IMG/VR virus record: IMGVR_UViG_3300035180_001680
Source: a virus
Lineage: Duplodnaviria > Caudoviricetes
Strand: one strand, 5' to 3'
DNA length: 64,000 bases
Below are positions 49,983 through 59,371 of the stretch, piece after piece. Every line of letters starts with the position of its first letter. Position 1 is the stretch's first letter. The position numbers were made by a program, and so were the translations under genes. The notes beneath the pieces are model-generated. The model did not search any database, was not told where the DNA came from, and saw only the letters and a program-made list of their open reading frames with translations.

Positions 49983-50618
49983 ATGAATAAACCATTAACA
50001 ATAAAAGATATTAAAAGTCTAATGTCTACGTCTAGTATTGACGAGATAACTGCCAATATTGAAAATCGTGAATTTAACGATTTTTATAATAAGTGGTCTG
50101 ATATTACATTTGATAAAAAACAAGAAATGTATGAACAAACAAGCAAACAATCTTTTAGAGATTGTATTGCATCAAGACCTAAAACTGCTGCTAGACCGAT
50201 AACAAGACAAAATACTACATCATCTCATCCGGTGGTGACCAGTGGAACAAGTACAACAGGTAGTTTTTCGTATGAAGATTTTCAACTAGATTTTCAACAA
50301 AGTGTTAAGTATATTGATAACTTTAATCCTTTTGAAGTATCGTATGTTCCACCATCAACAACAAAAGACTTTTTCATTACTTCTCATTCCAATAGTTGGG
50401 GTTCACAAGTAGAAACTCTTCTAAAGGGTCAAACTAAAGATGATAACATTATTCATATTAAAAGTGAAGCAGCACAAGAATTGGATGAATTGCGAACTAT
50501 GCTAAACATCCCACAGGGTGAGTCTGTAGTTTCTTTTATAAAAGAAAAATTTTGTCCAGATTACGAAAAACTACGTTCTGATCCTGAAATTATTTCTTCA
50601 ATAATGAAAACTTTTTAA
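49983..50618 (+). CDS. Hypothetical protein
   Basis: Long ORF with AGGAG RBS. Confidence 0.65.
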   Translation: MNKPLTIKDIKSLMSTSSIDEITANIENREFNDFYNKWSDITFDKKQEMYEQTSKQSFRDCIASRPKTAARPITRQNTTSSHPVVTSGTSTTGSFSYEDFQLDFQQSVKYIDNFNPFEVSYVPPSTTKDFFITSHSNSWGSQVETLLKGQTKDDNIIHIKSEAAQELDELRTMLNIPQGESVVSFIKEKFCPDYEKLRSDPEIISSIMKTF

Positions 50619-50629
50619 TAGGAAATATA

Positions 50630-51019
50630 ATGTCAAGAATGAAAAAGCCCGAAAATGAGACAGAAGAACAAGTTAAGATTCGACATATTTTTGAATCTGT
50701 TTCCAATCATGCGACTCGTAGCGAGAAAACCGCTTGGGAGCGCAAACGGACCAACATGGATAAGTTAATTAAACAATTGAGTCCACTGGAAGACAAGATT
50801 ATGGAGATACGGGCAAAAATGGAACCCATCTATGATGAAATTGCTGAACTTCGAACGTTAATGGTTGAAGAGTGTATTCATCCGTTTGATATGTTGCTGT
50901 ATAATGATGACCAAACTATTCGTTGTAAATTTTGTGAGAAATTGTTAAAACCAACAGAAACAACCGAACGAATAACCGAAACAGCATTGGATATTCCAAA
51001 TGGAACCAAAAAAGTATAA
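50630..51019 (+). CDS. Hypothetical coiled-coil protein with possible Zn ribbon
   Basis: 'ECIHP...RCKFCEK'. Confidence 0.65.
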   Translation: MSRMKKPENETEEQVKIRHIFESVSNHATRSEKTAWERKRTNMDKLIKQLSPLEDKIMEIRAKMEPIYDEIAELRTLMVEECIHPFDMLLYNDDQTIRCKFCEKLLKPTETTERITETALDIPNGTKKV

Positions 51020-51467
51020 ACTTGATATCTTTACTACGTTACAACAGATAAATCTCAAACGAGTATTCTTTTATAATGATTTAACTGATGAAGAACGAAA
51101 AGGATTTCAACCATTAGTAACAATGAGGTGGATGTCTGGAACGAAGTCTTCGTTCCAGATTATTCTGTTGAATGAATTGGTTAATCCTTTCGTGTTTTCA
51201 TTATCTAATCATAAAGAGTTGTTGTATAAATTAATGACCATCTGTGCAACCAAACCACAACATTACAGTTGGTTAAAGATGCAAGATAAACAACACAAAT
51301 ATAAACAGAGCTTGAGTCTTATAAGTAAACAATATGGCTACAGTTCTACACAGGCTAAAGAGGTGTTTCCATTGTTTTCAACGGAAGATATCCTCGATAT
51401 GGCCGAAACTCAAGGATTACAAAAAGAAGAATTAGTTAAACTAAAAGCAGAACTAAAGACGCGATGA
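51000..51467 (+). CDS. Clamp-loader small subunit (gp62-like)
   Basis: 'DIFTTLQQIN...F.PLVTMRWMS...NELVN...LLYKL...YS..QAKE'. Confidence 0.65.
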   Translation: MEPKKYKLDIFTTLQQINLKRVFFYNDLTDEERKGFQPLVTMRWMSGTKSSFQIILLNELVNPFVFSLSNHKELLYKLMTICATKPQHYSWLKMQDKQHKYKQSLSLISKQYGYSSTQAKEVFPLFSTEDILDMAETQGLQKEELVKLKAELKTR

Positions 51468-52141
51468 AAGAAAAACCCTTTGAATGTTCGTTTTGTGGAG
51501 CTTCATTCGTTCACGAGACAAGGTATCTGAAACATAAGTGTGAGAAGATGCAACGTCATGAAGATATTAAAAGTACAATCGGGCAAAGTGCATACATGCT
51601 TTATCAAATGTGGTTTACAACAAAAAAGAAAACTGCCCCATCTATTGAGTCTTTCATAAATTCAAGGTATTACAAACCATTTGTGAGATTTGCAGAGTTC
51701 GTAAAACGTGTTCGTTTACCTGAACCCGAATTATACATTAAATTAATGAATGAAAACGGTGTATCACCTTCCATGTGGACTATGAATGAGATGTATGGAC
51801 AGTTCCTTGAATTTCTTGACCGGAAATTATCTCCCAAAAAACAAGCTGGTATTACTATCCGAACTATGGAAAAAGTTGCGGATGCTGCAGAATGTGAAAT
51901 ATATCAAATATTTGACGTATTAACTGGTTCGGATATTATCCAATTAATCAGAGAACGGAAATTATCTCCTTGGGTTTTATTGAGAAGTAGGAAGTTTATG
52001 GTTAAGGTTGAATTGATGTCTAAGGAAGAACAACAAATTGTTGAAAGCCTAATTCGTGTAGATTATTGGAAACAAAAGTTTCAAAACAGACAACCCGAAA
52101 AAGCTTATATGGATAAATTAGTTAAAGAGTTGGACTTATAA
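51464..52141 (+). CDS. N-terminal zinc-finger protein, function unknown
   Basis: 'FECSFCGASF...YLKHKC'. Confidence 0.65.
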   Translation: MKEKPFECSFCGASFVHETRYLKHKCEKMQRHEDIKSTIGQSAYMLYQMWFTTKKKTAPSIESFINSRYYKPFVRFAEFVKRVRLPEPELYIKLMNENGVSPSMWTMNEMYGQFLEFLDRKLSPKKQAGITIRTMEKVADAAECEIYQIFDVLTGSDIIQLIRERKLSPWVLLRSRKFMVKVELMSKEEQQIVESLIRVDYWKQKFQNRQPEKAYMDKLVKELDL

Positions 52142-52182
52142 ATAGTAAATATGATATGCAGCAATTAATGTGAGGAATTCAA

Positions 52183-53709
52183 ATGGCTGGAACTATTTAC
52201 ACAATCGATTTTACTAATTCATCTGTAGACCCAACAAAAGCACCGTTTCAAATAAACCCTGGTGGCTTTGATGGACCAGCAGGTACAAATACTCACACAT
52301 CTCTTAATTTGTTTGGCGAAGGCTTCCTTCAATATGGGCAACGAGCAAATGAGAATTTTTTGTGGCTTTTGGAAAATTTTGCAAGTCCAGGTTGGCCACC
52401 AAATCCCACTATCGGACAACTTTGGTTTGACACAAGTGTAAATTTATTAAAAGTTTTTGACATGAGTCATAGTTGGAGTGTTGTCGCCGGTGGTGTTCCT
52501 CCTCCTAAAACATTCCTTATTGTTAGTGCAAACACTGGAACGTCTACATTCTACGTAAGCGGTGACGCAACACCGTATTTAACAGCTGGAGGACAGTTTA
52601 TAGTTCAAGGCGGAGCAAATGCTGGAACGTACACTATTTCATCTGCTGTGGGGTCGGTAACATATATCTCGGGGACAGATCAAACAGCGATTGTTGTAAC
52701 CTCAACAGTTCCTTCTTCTGCTGGTGGTGGAACGATCGTTTCTGCACCCTCTCCAACATCTCCAGTTACAGGTGAACTTTGGTTCAACGTGATTGAAGGT
52801 TCGTTGTATGTATATACAGGAGCTGCCTGGTCTAAGATTTTTTCAGGAAATGCAACTGGTGATATTGATATGTTAAACACACATAAAGTTATCAACCTTC
52901 CAGATCCAACAAATACCGATGATGCTGCTAACAAGAATTATGTTGATACACAAATATCAACATTATCATCTTCACTTTCATCTAGCAATCTGGGACTTCA
53001 GTCTCAAATAGATCAAAAGGTTACCAAAACAGGTGACACTATGACGGGGACTTTGGTGTTTTCTTCTGGTGGAATTAGTTTAAACAACGCAACGAATATT
53101 AATTTGATTGGTGGTAGTTTGGCTGTTAGTAATAATGGCAGCGTTTCCTTGTCAGTTGGTTCTATATTGACACTCGGCCAAGATCCTTCTTCACCATTGG
53201 AAGCTGCAACAAAACAATATGTCGATAGTCGACTTTATTCTTTACCCCAAGCAACGACTTCTGCGATAGGTGGAGTTGTATTAGCGACAGGAAGTGAAGC
53301 CATAGCCGGAACAAACACACAAAAAGCTATAACCCCTGTAGCTTTACAATCAGTTACAAATTTAATAACAACAGAGATTACATCTCGGGTGCCTTACGAT
53401 TTGTTAGTAGTTCCTTATTCTTCTTCGATTTCTTTCGACTTTGCAACTTCAAGAAACTTTTCTATAACTTTAACAGGACAAGTATCTATTCTCAGTCCAA
53501 CAAACCTAATAACAGGACAATCTGGGGTCATTTATATTATTCAAGATGGAACTGGAAGTAGAATGGCTTCTTTTTCAACAAGCACATGGAAGTTTGAAAA
53601 CGGAACAGTTCCAGCACTTTCAACAGCGGCTGGATCAATTGATGTGTTAGTGTATGAAGTCTACAACACTAACACAATTGTAGCTTCATTACTTAAAAAG
53701 GTTAGTTAA
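52183..53709 (+). CDS. Tail-fibre protein, cassette A
   Basis: Attachment domain 'G.G..QYG...NENF..LLENFA...P.NPTIGQLW', 'ATKQYVD' repeats; late promoter at 52137-52144. Confidence 0.8.
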   Translation: MAGTIYTIDFTNSSVDPTKAPFQINPGGFDGPAGTNTHTSLNLFGEGFLQYGQRANENFLWLLENFASPGWPPNPTIGQLWFDTSVNLLKVFDMSHSWSVVAGGVPPPKTFLIVSANTGTSTFYVSGDATPYLTAGGQFIVQGGANAGTYTISSAVGSVTYISGTDQTAIVVTSTVPSSAGGGTIVSAPSPTSPVTGELWFNVIEGSLYVYTGAAWSKIFSGNATGDIDMLNTHKVINLPDPTNTDDAANKNYVDTQISTLSSSLSSSNLGLQSQIDQKVTKTGDTMTGTLVFSSGGISLNNATNINLIGGSLAVSNNGSVSLSVGSILTLGQDPSSPLEAATKQYVDSRLYSLPQATTSAIGGVVLATGSEAIAGTNTQKAITPVALQSVTNLITTEITSRVPYDLLVVPYSSSISFDFATSRNFSITLTGQVSILSPTNLITGQSGVIYIIQDGTGSRMASFSTSTWKFENGTVPALSTAAGSIDVLVYEVYNTNTIVASLLKKVS

Positions 53710-53710
53710 T

Positions 53711-54199
53711 ATGAGATATGCTTTTATTGAAAACAACAAAATTGCCCAGGTATTTGAGACTGGTCAGGCATTCACGTTAAATGGTTTTGGCTATCCACCC
53801 AATTGGTTAGATTTATCTACGTATTCGGAAAAAACAGAAATTGGTTTAGTTGAACTTACAGAATCAGTTCGTCCTAATCCAACATACCATTCTTGTTCAG
53901 AGAGTTTTGACATAGTAAATGGAGTTCCTTCTTCGGTTTGGGTGTGTACTGATTTGGATGTTACCACATTAAAAACAGAATTAACGAATATTGTAGATAA
54001 AGTGATGTTTAATTTACTATCACCAACAGATTGGTATGTAACTAGATTTACTGAAGTTGGAACCGCGATCCCACCAGAGATAACTGCAAATCGAGCTGCT
54101 ATTCGTTCTGAGTATGCTTCACTTAAACAGCAAATCGCTTCTTCAGTAACTATATCTGACCTTGAAACCGTTTGTGTAAATTTACCTACAATATTATGA
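53711..54199 (+). CDS. Tail-fibre assembly protein, cassette A
   Basis: 'YPPNWLDL...LLSPTDWYVTRFTEVGTAIP...RAAIR'; paralog of 56701. Confidence 0.65.
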   Translation: MRYAFIENNKIAQVFETGQAFTLNGFGYPPNWLDLSTYSEKTEIGLVELTESVRPNPTYHSCSESFDIVNGVPSSVWVCTDLDVTTLKTELTNIVDKVMFNLLSPTDWYVTRFTEVGTAIPPEITANRAAIRSEYASLKQQIASSVTISDLETVCVNLPTIL

Positions 54200-54597
54200 A
54201 AAAATTATTACTTCGTCGTCATTCCACGTTAATTGCTGGAGGACCATTGATTTATACATATACAATCCCCAATAACGCTGGGGGAACAGGTGAGGGGTTT
54301 TATAGAACCATTGCTTCTTGGACGAATTCGACTGGTTTATCGGGGCACGTGAATGTAAATGGAACTTTTGCTCCAGCTACATGCGAAAAGGTTGTTGATT
54401 GGCAGATATTAGTTGATGGTGTATCTCAAGGTGCTCATCAAGTATATAACAGCGGGAGCTGTACTGCCGCTGCTTGGTCATTCAACCAAGATGTTCCTGT
54501 ATTGGACACGAGTGTTGTTGTTCTTCAGGTATACATATGGGGAGCTTATAATTCAGATCGTATCGGTTCTGGAATATTTAACATAAACGCTCACTAA
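54196..54597 (+). CDS. Putative fibre-tip adhesin, cassette A
   Basis: Starts MKKLLLRRH (cf. 57171 MRKLLLHS); beta-rich body. Confidence 0.5.
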   Translation: MKKLLLRRHSTLIAGGPLIYTYTIPNNAGGTGEGFYRTIASWTNSTGLSGHVNVNGTFAPATCEKVVDWQILVDGVSQGAHQVYNSGSCTAAAWSFNQDVPVLDTSVVVLQVYIWGAYNSDRIGSGIFNINAH

Positions 54598-54649
54598 TTA
54601 AAATAGTTCCCATAAATACTTTAAATTAATACAAAAAAGGAACGATTTT

Positions 54650-56287
54650 ATGGCACATTTAATTAATTTCACGGATTCGTCTATTGCTCCGGAAAAATCA
54701 GCCTTCGCCATACCAGAATATAAAACGGAAGGTCCTACCTCTCCACTTAACTCAACGCCAAATTCAGGAACACCTCCGTTTAATTCTGCAAAGGCATCTA
54801 CGACACTATTGTTAGTCGGTAAAGGTGTTCCTAACTACGGTGAAATCATTCAAAATAATTTAGTTCATCTTCTTGAGAATTTTGCAAGTAATGGAGTACC
54901 TCCTGTGTATCCCACAATTGGACAATTGTGGTATAATTATCAAACAAAAGAACTTTCTCTTTATAAAAATACGAATGTTTGGGATGGAATATTGAGTTTG
55001 TCGGGTGGAATTATGACAGGGCCCTTACATTTATCAGGTTCTCCTGTTACTGACGACCAAGCAGTTAATAAAAAATATGTGGACAATCTCGCCTCTTTAT
55101 ATGTTTTGTTGGATGGAACAAATTCAATGACAGGTCTTTTAACGTTAAGTGGTGATCCAACAACAAACTTACAGGCAGCTACGAAACAATATGTTGATAA
55201 TAGTTTGATATCTCACGAGAGCGATCTTGCGTTACATTTAACACCAACCGAGAACGTGTGGATCGATTCGATTACTGCAACATCAGCAGAAGTAAATTAC
55301 TTATCGGGGTCAACAAGCAACATTCAATTTCAGTTAAATCAAAAAGTTGCAAAAACAGGAGACACAATGACGGGATTATTAGTCTTGTCGGGTAATCCTG
55401 TTGACAATTTAGGTGCGGCGCCTAAACAATATGTTGATACTTCTTTAACAACTGCTTTATCTCAATATTTGCCGTTATCTGGTGGAATCCAAATGACAGG
55501 ATTTTTTGATTTAGTTGGGAATCCCGTAAGTGCACTACAGCCTGCTACAAAGCAATATGTAGACGCTGTTGCAGGAGGGGGAGGAGGGGGAGATGGTGTT
55601 GTTACAGGAGGTTCAATGGATCCACCAACGGGTATTCTTACTCTATCACGTAGTGTTGGTGGAAATGTTTTAATAAATAACATTGCTGCCTTTACTCATA
55701 CACACACTGCATCCGATGTTTCATATGTTATTTTATCAAATACGGGAATTTTAAACTATTCTTACAGTGTTTCACCGAATTATCCAAACATAACGGTTTT
55801 GGATGCTTTGTCGAGTTTTGATCGATATGCAGCAAGCACAATATCACCTACATTCTCAGGTACAGTTACTCTTGGTCAAGATCCAGTTTTACCTCTTGAA
55901 GCAGCTACGAAACAATATGTTGATACTTCTTTAACAACTACTTTATCTCAATATTTGCCGTTATCTGGTGGAATCCAAATGACAGGATTTTTTGATTTAG
56001 TTGGGAATCCCGTAAGTGCACTACAGCCTGCTACAAAGCAATATACCGACAACAAAACGACGATTCAACGAACTCTTATAACTTCAACTGGACAAACGGT
56101 ATTTGATTTTACTACATCATCACCTAACATATCATATGTTGTTGGTTCAAACAATTTGTGGGTCTTTGTTAATGGAATTAAAGCATACATAACCGATTCA
56201 TATTTAGAAACATCAACGACTTCAGTAACGTTTACTTATACTGTTCCTGTGGGAGTAAATGTTGAGTTCCTGGTTTTTGGAATATAA
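54650..56287 (+). CDS. Tail-fibre protein, cassette B
   Basis: N-terminus paralogous to 52183; seven 'A(T/P/V)N/K.YVD'-type repeats; CATAAATA at 54611-54618. Confidence 0.8.
   Translation: MAHLINFTDSSIAPEKSAFAIPEYKTEGPTSPLNSTPNSGTPPFNSAKASTTLLLVGKGVPNYGEIIQNNLVHLLENFASNGVPPVYPTIGQLWYNYQTKELSLYKNTNVWDGILSLSGGIMTGPLHLSGSPVTDDQAVNKKYVDNLASLYVLLDGTNSMTGLLTLSGDPTTNLQAATKQYVDNSLISHESDLALHLTPTENVWIDSITATSAEVNYLSGSTSNIQFQLNQKVAKTGDTMTGLLVLSGNPVDNLGAAPKQYVDTSLTTALSQYLPLSGGIQMTGFFDLVGNPVSALQPATKQYVDAVAGGGGGGDGVVTGGSMDPPTGILTLSRSVGGNVLINNIAAFTHTHTASDVSYVILSNTGILNYSYSVSPNYPNITVLDALSSFDRYAASTISPTFSGTVTLGQDPVLPLEAATKQYVDTSLTTTLSQYLPLSGGIQMTGFFDLVGNPVSALQPATKQYTDNKTTIQRTLITSTGQTVFDFTTSSPNISYVVGSNNLWVFVNGIKAYITDSYLETSTTSVTFTYTVPVGVNVEFLVFGI
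55424..56044 (+). repeat. 135-nt direct repeat (55424-55558 and 55910-56044), one mismatch
   Basis: Identical except GCT vs ACT (Ala/Thr). Confidence 0.92.
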
Positions 56288-56303
56288 CAAGGAGTTTTAA
56301 TAA

Positions 56304-56699
56304 ATGACTATTGCAACAATAAAAGCATTTCAAGTAGACACAAATGAAATAGTTGATGTTCCAACGTTTAACTCTCGAGTTCCTTGGAATATGTTAACAT
56401 TACCGTATTCAACTTTATTGGTTCCTGATTTTACATTGTCACGCAACTTTATCGTAACATTGACAGGAAATACAACATTTGATAATCCATTAAATGTTAC
56501 CCCTGGACAGTCGGGAGTAATTTATATTGTTCAAGATGAAGTTGGAAGTCGTTCTGCGGCATTTAATAGTTTTTGGAGTTTTGAGGAGGGGGTTGCACCC
56601 ACGTTGTCAACACTTCCTGGTGTAGTCGACGTATTAGTATATGAAGTTTACACTACTACCAGAGTAGTAGCAACGCTGTTAAGAAGGGTTGGAGGTTAA
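56304..56699 (+). CDS. Stand-alone paralog of the C-terminal domain of 52183
   Basis: 'SRVP...SRNF..TLTG...GQSGVIYI.QD..GSR...DVLVYEVY'. Confidence 0.8.
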   Translation: MTIATIKAFQVDTNEIVDVPTFNSRVPWNMLTLPYSTLLVPDFTLSRNFIVTLTGNTTFDNPLNVTPGQSGVIYIVQDEVGSRSAAFNSFWSFEEGVAPTLSTLPGVVDVLVYEVYTTTRVVATLLRRVGG

Positions 56700-56700
56700 T

Positions 56701-57174
56701 ATGAATTATGTCGTAATTGAAAATGGTGTTATTGTAATGGAACTTATTAGTGGTGTTCCGTTTACACTTCACGGTATTCAGTACCCAAACAATTGGCTTG
56801 AACTTTCAACTGATCTTGAAAAAACAGATCGGGGAATTGTTCTTGTCAATGAAGTTGCTCAACCTAACACCTTTTTCTATGATGTATCAGGATCAGTTCA
56901 ATTAATTGGAGGAGTTCCAACGCGTGTGTGGCAAACAACAGATAAAGATCTGGTAACGTTACAACAACAGTTAACTGAAATTGTAAAAAATAAAGCAAAC
57001 ACTGATTTGCGTTCTACTGATTGGTATGTTACTAGATTTGTTGAAATGGGAACATCCATTCCAAGTGATATATCTAATCAACGAAACAATATTCGAACAA
57101 CCTTAAATAACAATGAAACTAATATTACAAATGCAACATCGGTTAGCATTCTTGAAAGCTTGAATTTAGTATGA
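56701..57174 (+). CDS. Tail-fibre assembly protein, cassette B
   Basis: 'YPNNWLEL...LRSTDWYVTRFVEMGTSIP'. Confidence 0.65.
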   Translation: MNYVVIENGVIVMELISGVPFTLHGIQYPNNWLELSTDLEKTDRGIVLVNEVAQPNTFFYDVSGSVQLIGGVPTRVWQTTDKDLVTLQQQLTEIVKNKANTDLRSTDWYVTRFVEMGTSIPSDISNQRNNIRTTLNNNETNITNATSVSILESLNLV

Positions 57175-57809
57175 GAAAATTATTACTTCATTCCCCGAGA
57201 AGATTAATTTATATTGGAACGGATTCAACAACAAGTGATTTATCTACATATTCATTTACATTTGTGATTCCGTATGGTGGATTGGTAATAGCCACAATGG
57301 CAATTGGGATATTGACAGGAGATGGTTCACAAGAGTTTACACAAACGACTATCGGTGGTGTTCCAGTTACCCCCTTGGTGAATTTTTCAAGTACAGAACC
57401 AACAACAATATTTACTAGAAGAATAATATCTGGTGGTTCAGTTACTGTTACAGGAACTGTTCCTGTAACAGGTGTTAGGTCTTCCGTAGGAATATTTTTA
57501 TTGTCTAATAACAACAGTGATGTTCCAGTGTTTACAGGTTCTAATATAACACCAGGAACTTCTGTTTCTTTAACAACTTCTGCGTCTGGTGTTGGAGTAT
57601 TTTTCTCCACCTCGGATAATCTAGCAGAAACCATTAATTGGACACCAAACGTAACAGAACAATATGAACATCTTTTAACAGATGGGACGGGATTCAGTTC
57701 TCATGCAGCGGCTACAACAAACGGAATCATGCCAACAGGTAATGTTGTAACAGCAAGTGGAACTGGATCTACTCATACTAGAAATTTGGTTGGAGCTATT
57801 TGGATCTAA
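57171..57809 (+). CDS. Putative fibre-tip adhesin, cassette B
   Basis: MRKLLL start; Thr/Gly-rich beta-sandwich-like body. Confidence 0.55.
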   Translation: MRKLLLHSPRRLIYIGTDSTTSDLSTYSFTFVIPYGGLVIATMAIGILTGDGSQEFTQTTIGGVPVTPLVNFSSTEPTTIFTRRIISGGSVTVTGTVPVTGVRSSVGIFLLSNNNSDVPVFTGSNITPGTSVSLTTSASGVGVFFSTSDNLAETINWTPNVTEQYEHLLTDGTGFSSHAAATTNGIMPTGNVVTASGTGSTHTRNLVGAIWI

Positions 57810-57824
57810 TAACCTGGAGAAAAG

Positions 57825-58187
57825 TTGGTGTTTGTTGAAAACGAAATTCAAAATTTGAAATTCTATGATATGTTTGGTGGTTCCACTAGAATTAACTCAA
57901 ATGATATTATATTCAAATTTGTGTGTGTTCGAAAATTTTCTTTGTTGAATAATGTGGATGGTTCAATGGCTATTATTGATGAATTAACCACGTCCCCTTT
58001 TGTTGTTAGCCTTCAGAAGAATGGTTATCAATTTGCAACAATTACCTTTAATTCCAATTCACAAGCGGGGGTGTTTGAAGGTATACCCGTGAGTTTTGAA
58101 ATTGGTGACATTTTATCTGTTGTTGCTCCTGTATTATACGAATCAACAAATTCAGGAATTTGGTTTACTATTTCTGGAGTATTATAA
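57825..58187 (+). CDS. Hypothetical tail-associated protein
   Basis: GTG start after a GGAG RBS. Confidence 0.55.
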   Translation: MVFVENEIQNLKFYDMFGGSTRINSNDIIFKFVCVRKFSLLNNVDGSMAIIDELTTSPFVVSLQKNGYQFATITFNSNSQAGVFEGIPVSFEIGDILSVVAPVLYESTNSGIWFTISGVL

Positions 58188-58726
58188 TGCGATATATAAT
58201 AACAAAAAATAATACTATCCTACAAATCCTTCAAAAAGAACCTTTGTTTATTCCATCCACCACAACTTGTTTAGTTTATAATGGAAGCGAACTTGATGAA
58301 AGTTTATTCGTTGAAGACAATCAAATTAAAATAAAAGAATTTAAAATACAGCAGTATCAACATGAACAATTTGAACTTATACAAACCAGAATAGATGAGT
58401 TGCGTTCTTTATTTGCCTCTGTTATTTCGAGTCAAAATGATGTTTATTGGGAAAAAACACAGGAAGCAATAGATTATGCATCGTTAGGGTTCCCCGAAGA
58501 TATCTCAAATTATCCATTTATTGCCGTTGATATCGAATTAACAGGTAAAACAGGAAAAGAGGTAACACAGAATATTTTAACTAAACGAAAACAGTGGTTA
58601 AGTATAGCTGCACAAACAGAAAAAATTAGAAAACAAGCGTATAGCAAAATTTTTGTTTGTGAAACTAAAGAATGTGTCGATAATGTTATACAAAATATAT
58701 TTTTACAATTAGATAGTCTTTCTTGA
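58187..58726 (+). CDS. Tail-fibre accessory-like protein
   Basis: 'Y.EK..EA..Y...YPF...ILTKRKQW...E.IR' pattern. Confidence 0.55.
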   Translation: MRYIITKNNTILQILQKEPLFIPSTTTCLVYNGSELDESLFVEDNQIKIKEFKIQQYQHEQFELIQTRIDELRSLFASVISSQNDVYWEKTQEAIDYASLGFPEDISNYPFIAVDIELTGKTGKEVTQNILTKRKQWLSIAAQTEKIRKQAYSKIFVCETKECVDNVIQNIFLQLDSLS

Positions 58727-58751
58727 CAATTTTTTCAATATCAGGTATAAT
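58723..58751 (+). promoter_or_regulatory. Perfect sigma70 consensus promoter
   Basis: TTGACA-17 nt-TATAAT, 6 nt before the ATG at 58758. Confidence 0.85.
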
Positions 58752-58757
58752 TAAAAT

Positions 58758-59342
58758 ATGCCTGATATTGATATTGATACTCAAACCTCATTCGACGCAC
58801 AGAGTGTTTTTAAAACTTCTGTTGCTGCTTCTATGGTAAAAAATGAAGAACTTGTACGACATCCAGTTGGAACGTATTTTCAAGAAATTCCGAAAGATAA
58901 AGTAACAGGTTTATCAGCTATACCATATAAAGATGCTGAAGACTTGGGATATTTTAAAGTTGATTTCTTGCACCTGTCATTACTTGATTATTTTGAAAAC
59001 AAGAATGAAATTAGAGTGTTATTGAAAAAAGAACCAAATTGGGATTTATTGAAGATTCCATCTGTTGTTAGTAAACTGTTTCACTTATCGAACCACTATG
59101 ATGTTGTTTCTAGAATTGCCCCAAGGTCCATCCAAGAGTTGGCTGACGTTCTCGCTTTAATTCGTCCTGGGAAAAAATACTTGTTAGAAGCTTATATTAA
59201 AGACAGAGATATTGTTCGCGATGAGTTGTATAAAACACCAACTAAAAAGAATGCCATTTGGTTTAAAAGAAGTCATTCTGTTGCTTACGCCCACAATATT
59301 GTACTCCAACTCCATTTAATAAACGTAGGAATTGAAATTTAG
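58758..59342 (+). CDS. DnaE/PolIII-alpha-like fragment 2 (catalytic palm + partial fingers)
   Basis: Begins 'MPDIDID'; then 'RHPVG', 'FKVDFL', 'PRSIQELADVLALIRPG', 'FKRSHSVAY'. Confidence 0.88.
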   Translation: MPDIDIDTQTSFDAQSVFKTSVAASMVKNEELVRHPVGTYFQEIPKDKVTGLSAIPYKDAEDLGYFKVDFLHLSLLDYFENKNEIRVLLKKEPNWDLLKIPSVVSKLFHLSNHYDVVSRIAPRSIQELADVLALIRPGKKYLLEAYIKDRDIVRDELYKTPTKKNAIWFKRSHSVAYAHNIVLQLHLINVGIEI

Positions 59343-59371
59343 TATAAATATATTAAATCTTGGAGAATATA

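Noticed and set aside
55424-56044. Diversity-generating retroelement TR/VR pair
   Set aside because: Only one mismatch, both copies are mid-gene and in frame, and no reverse transcriptase is in the window.
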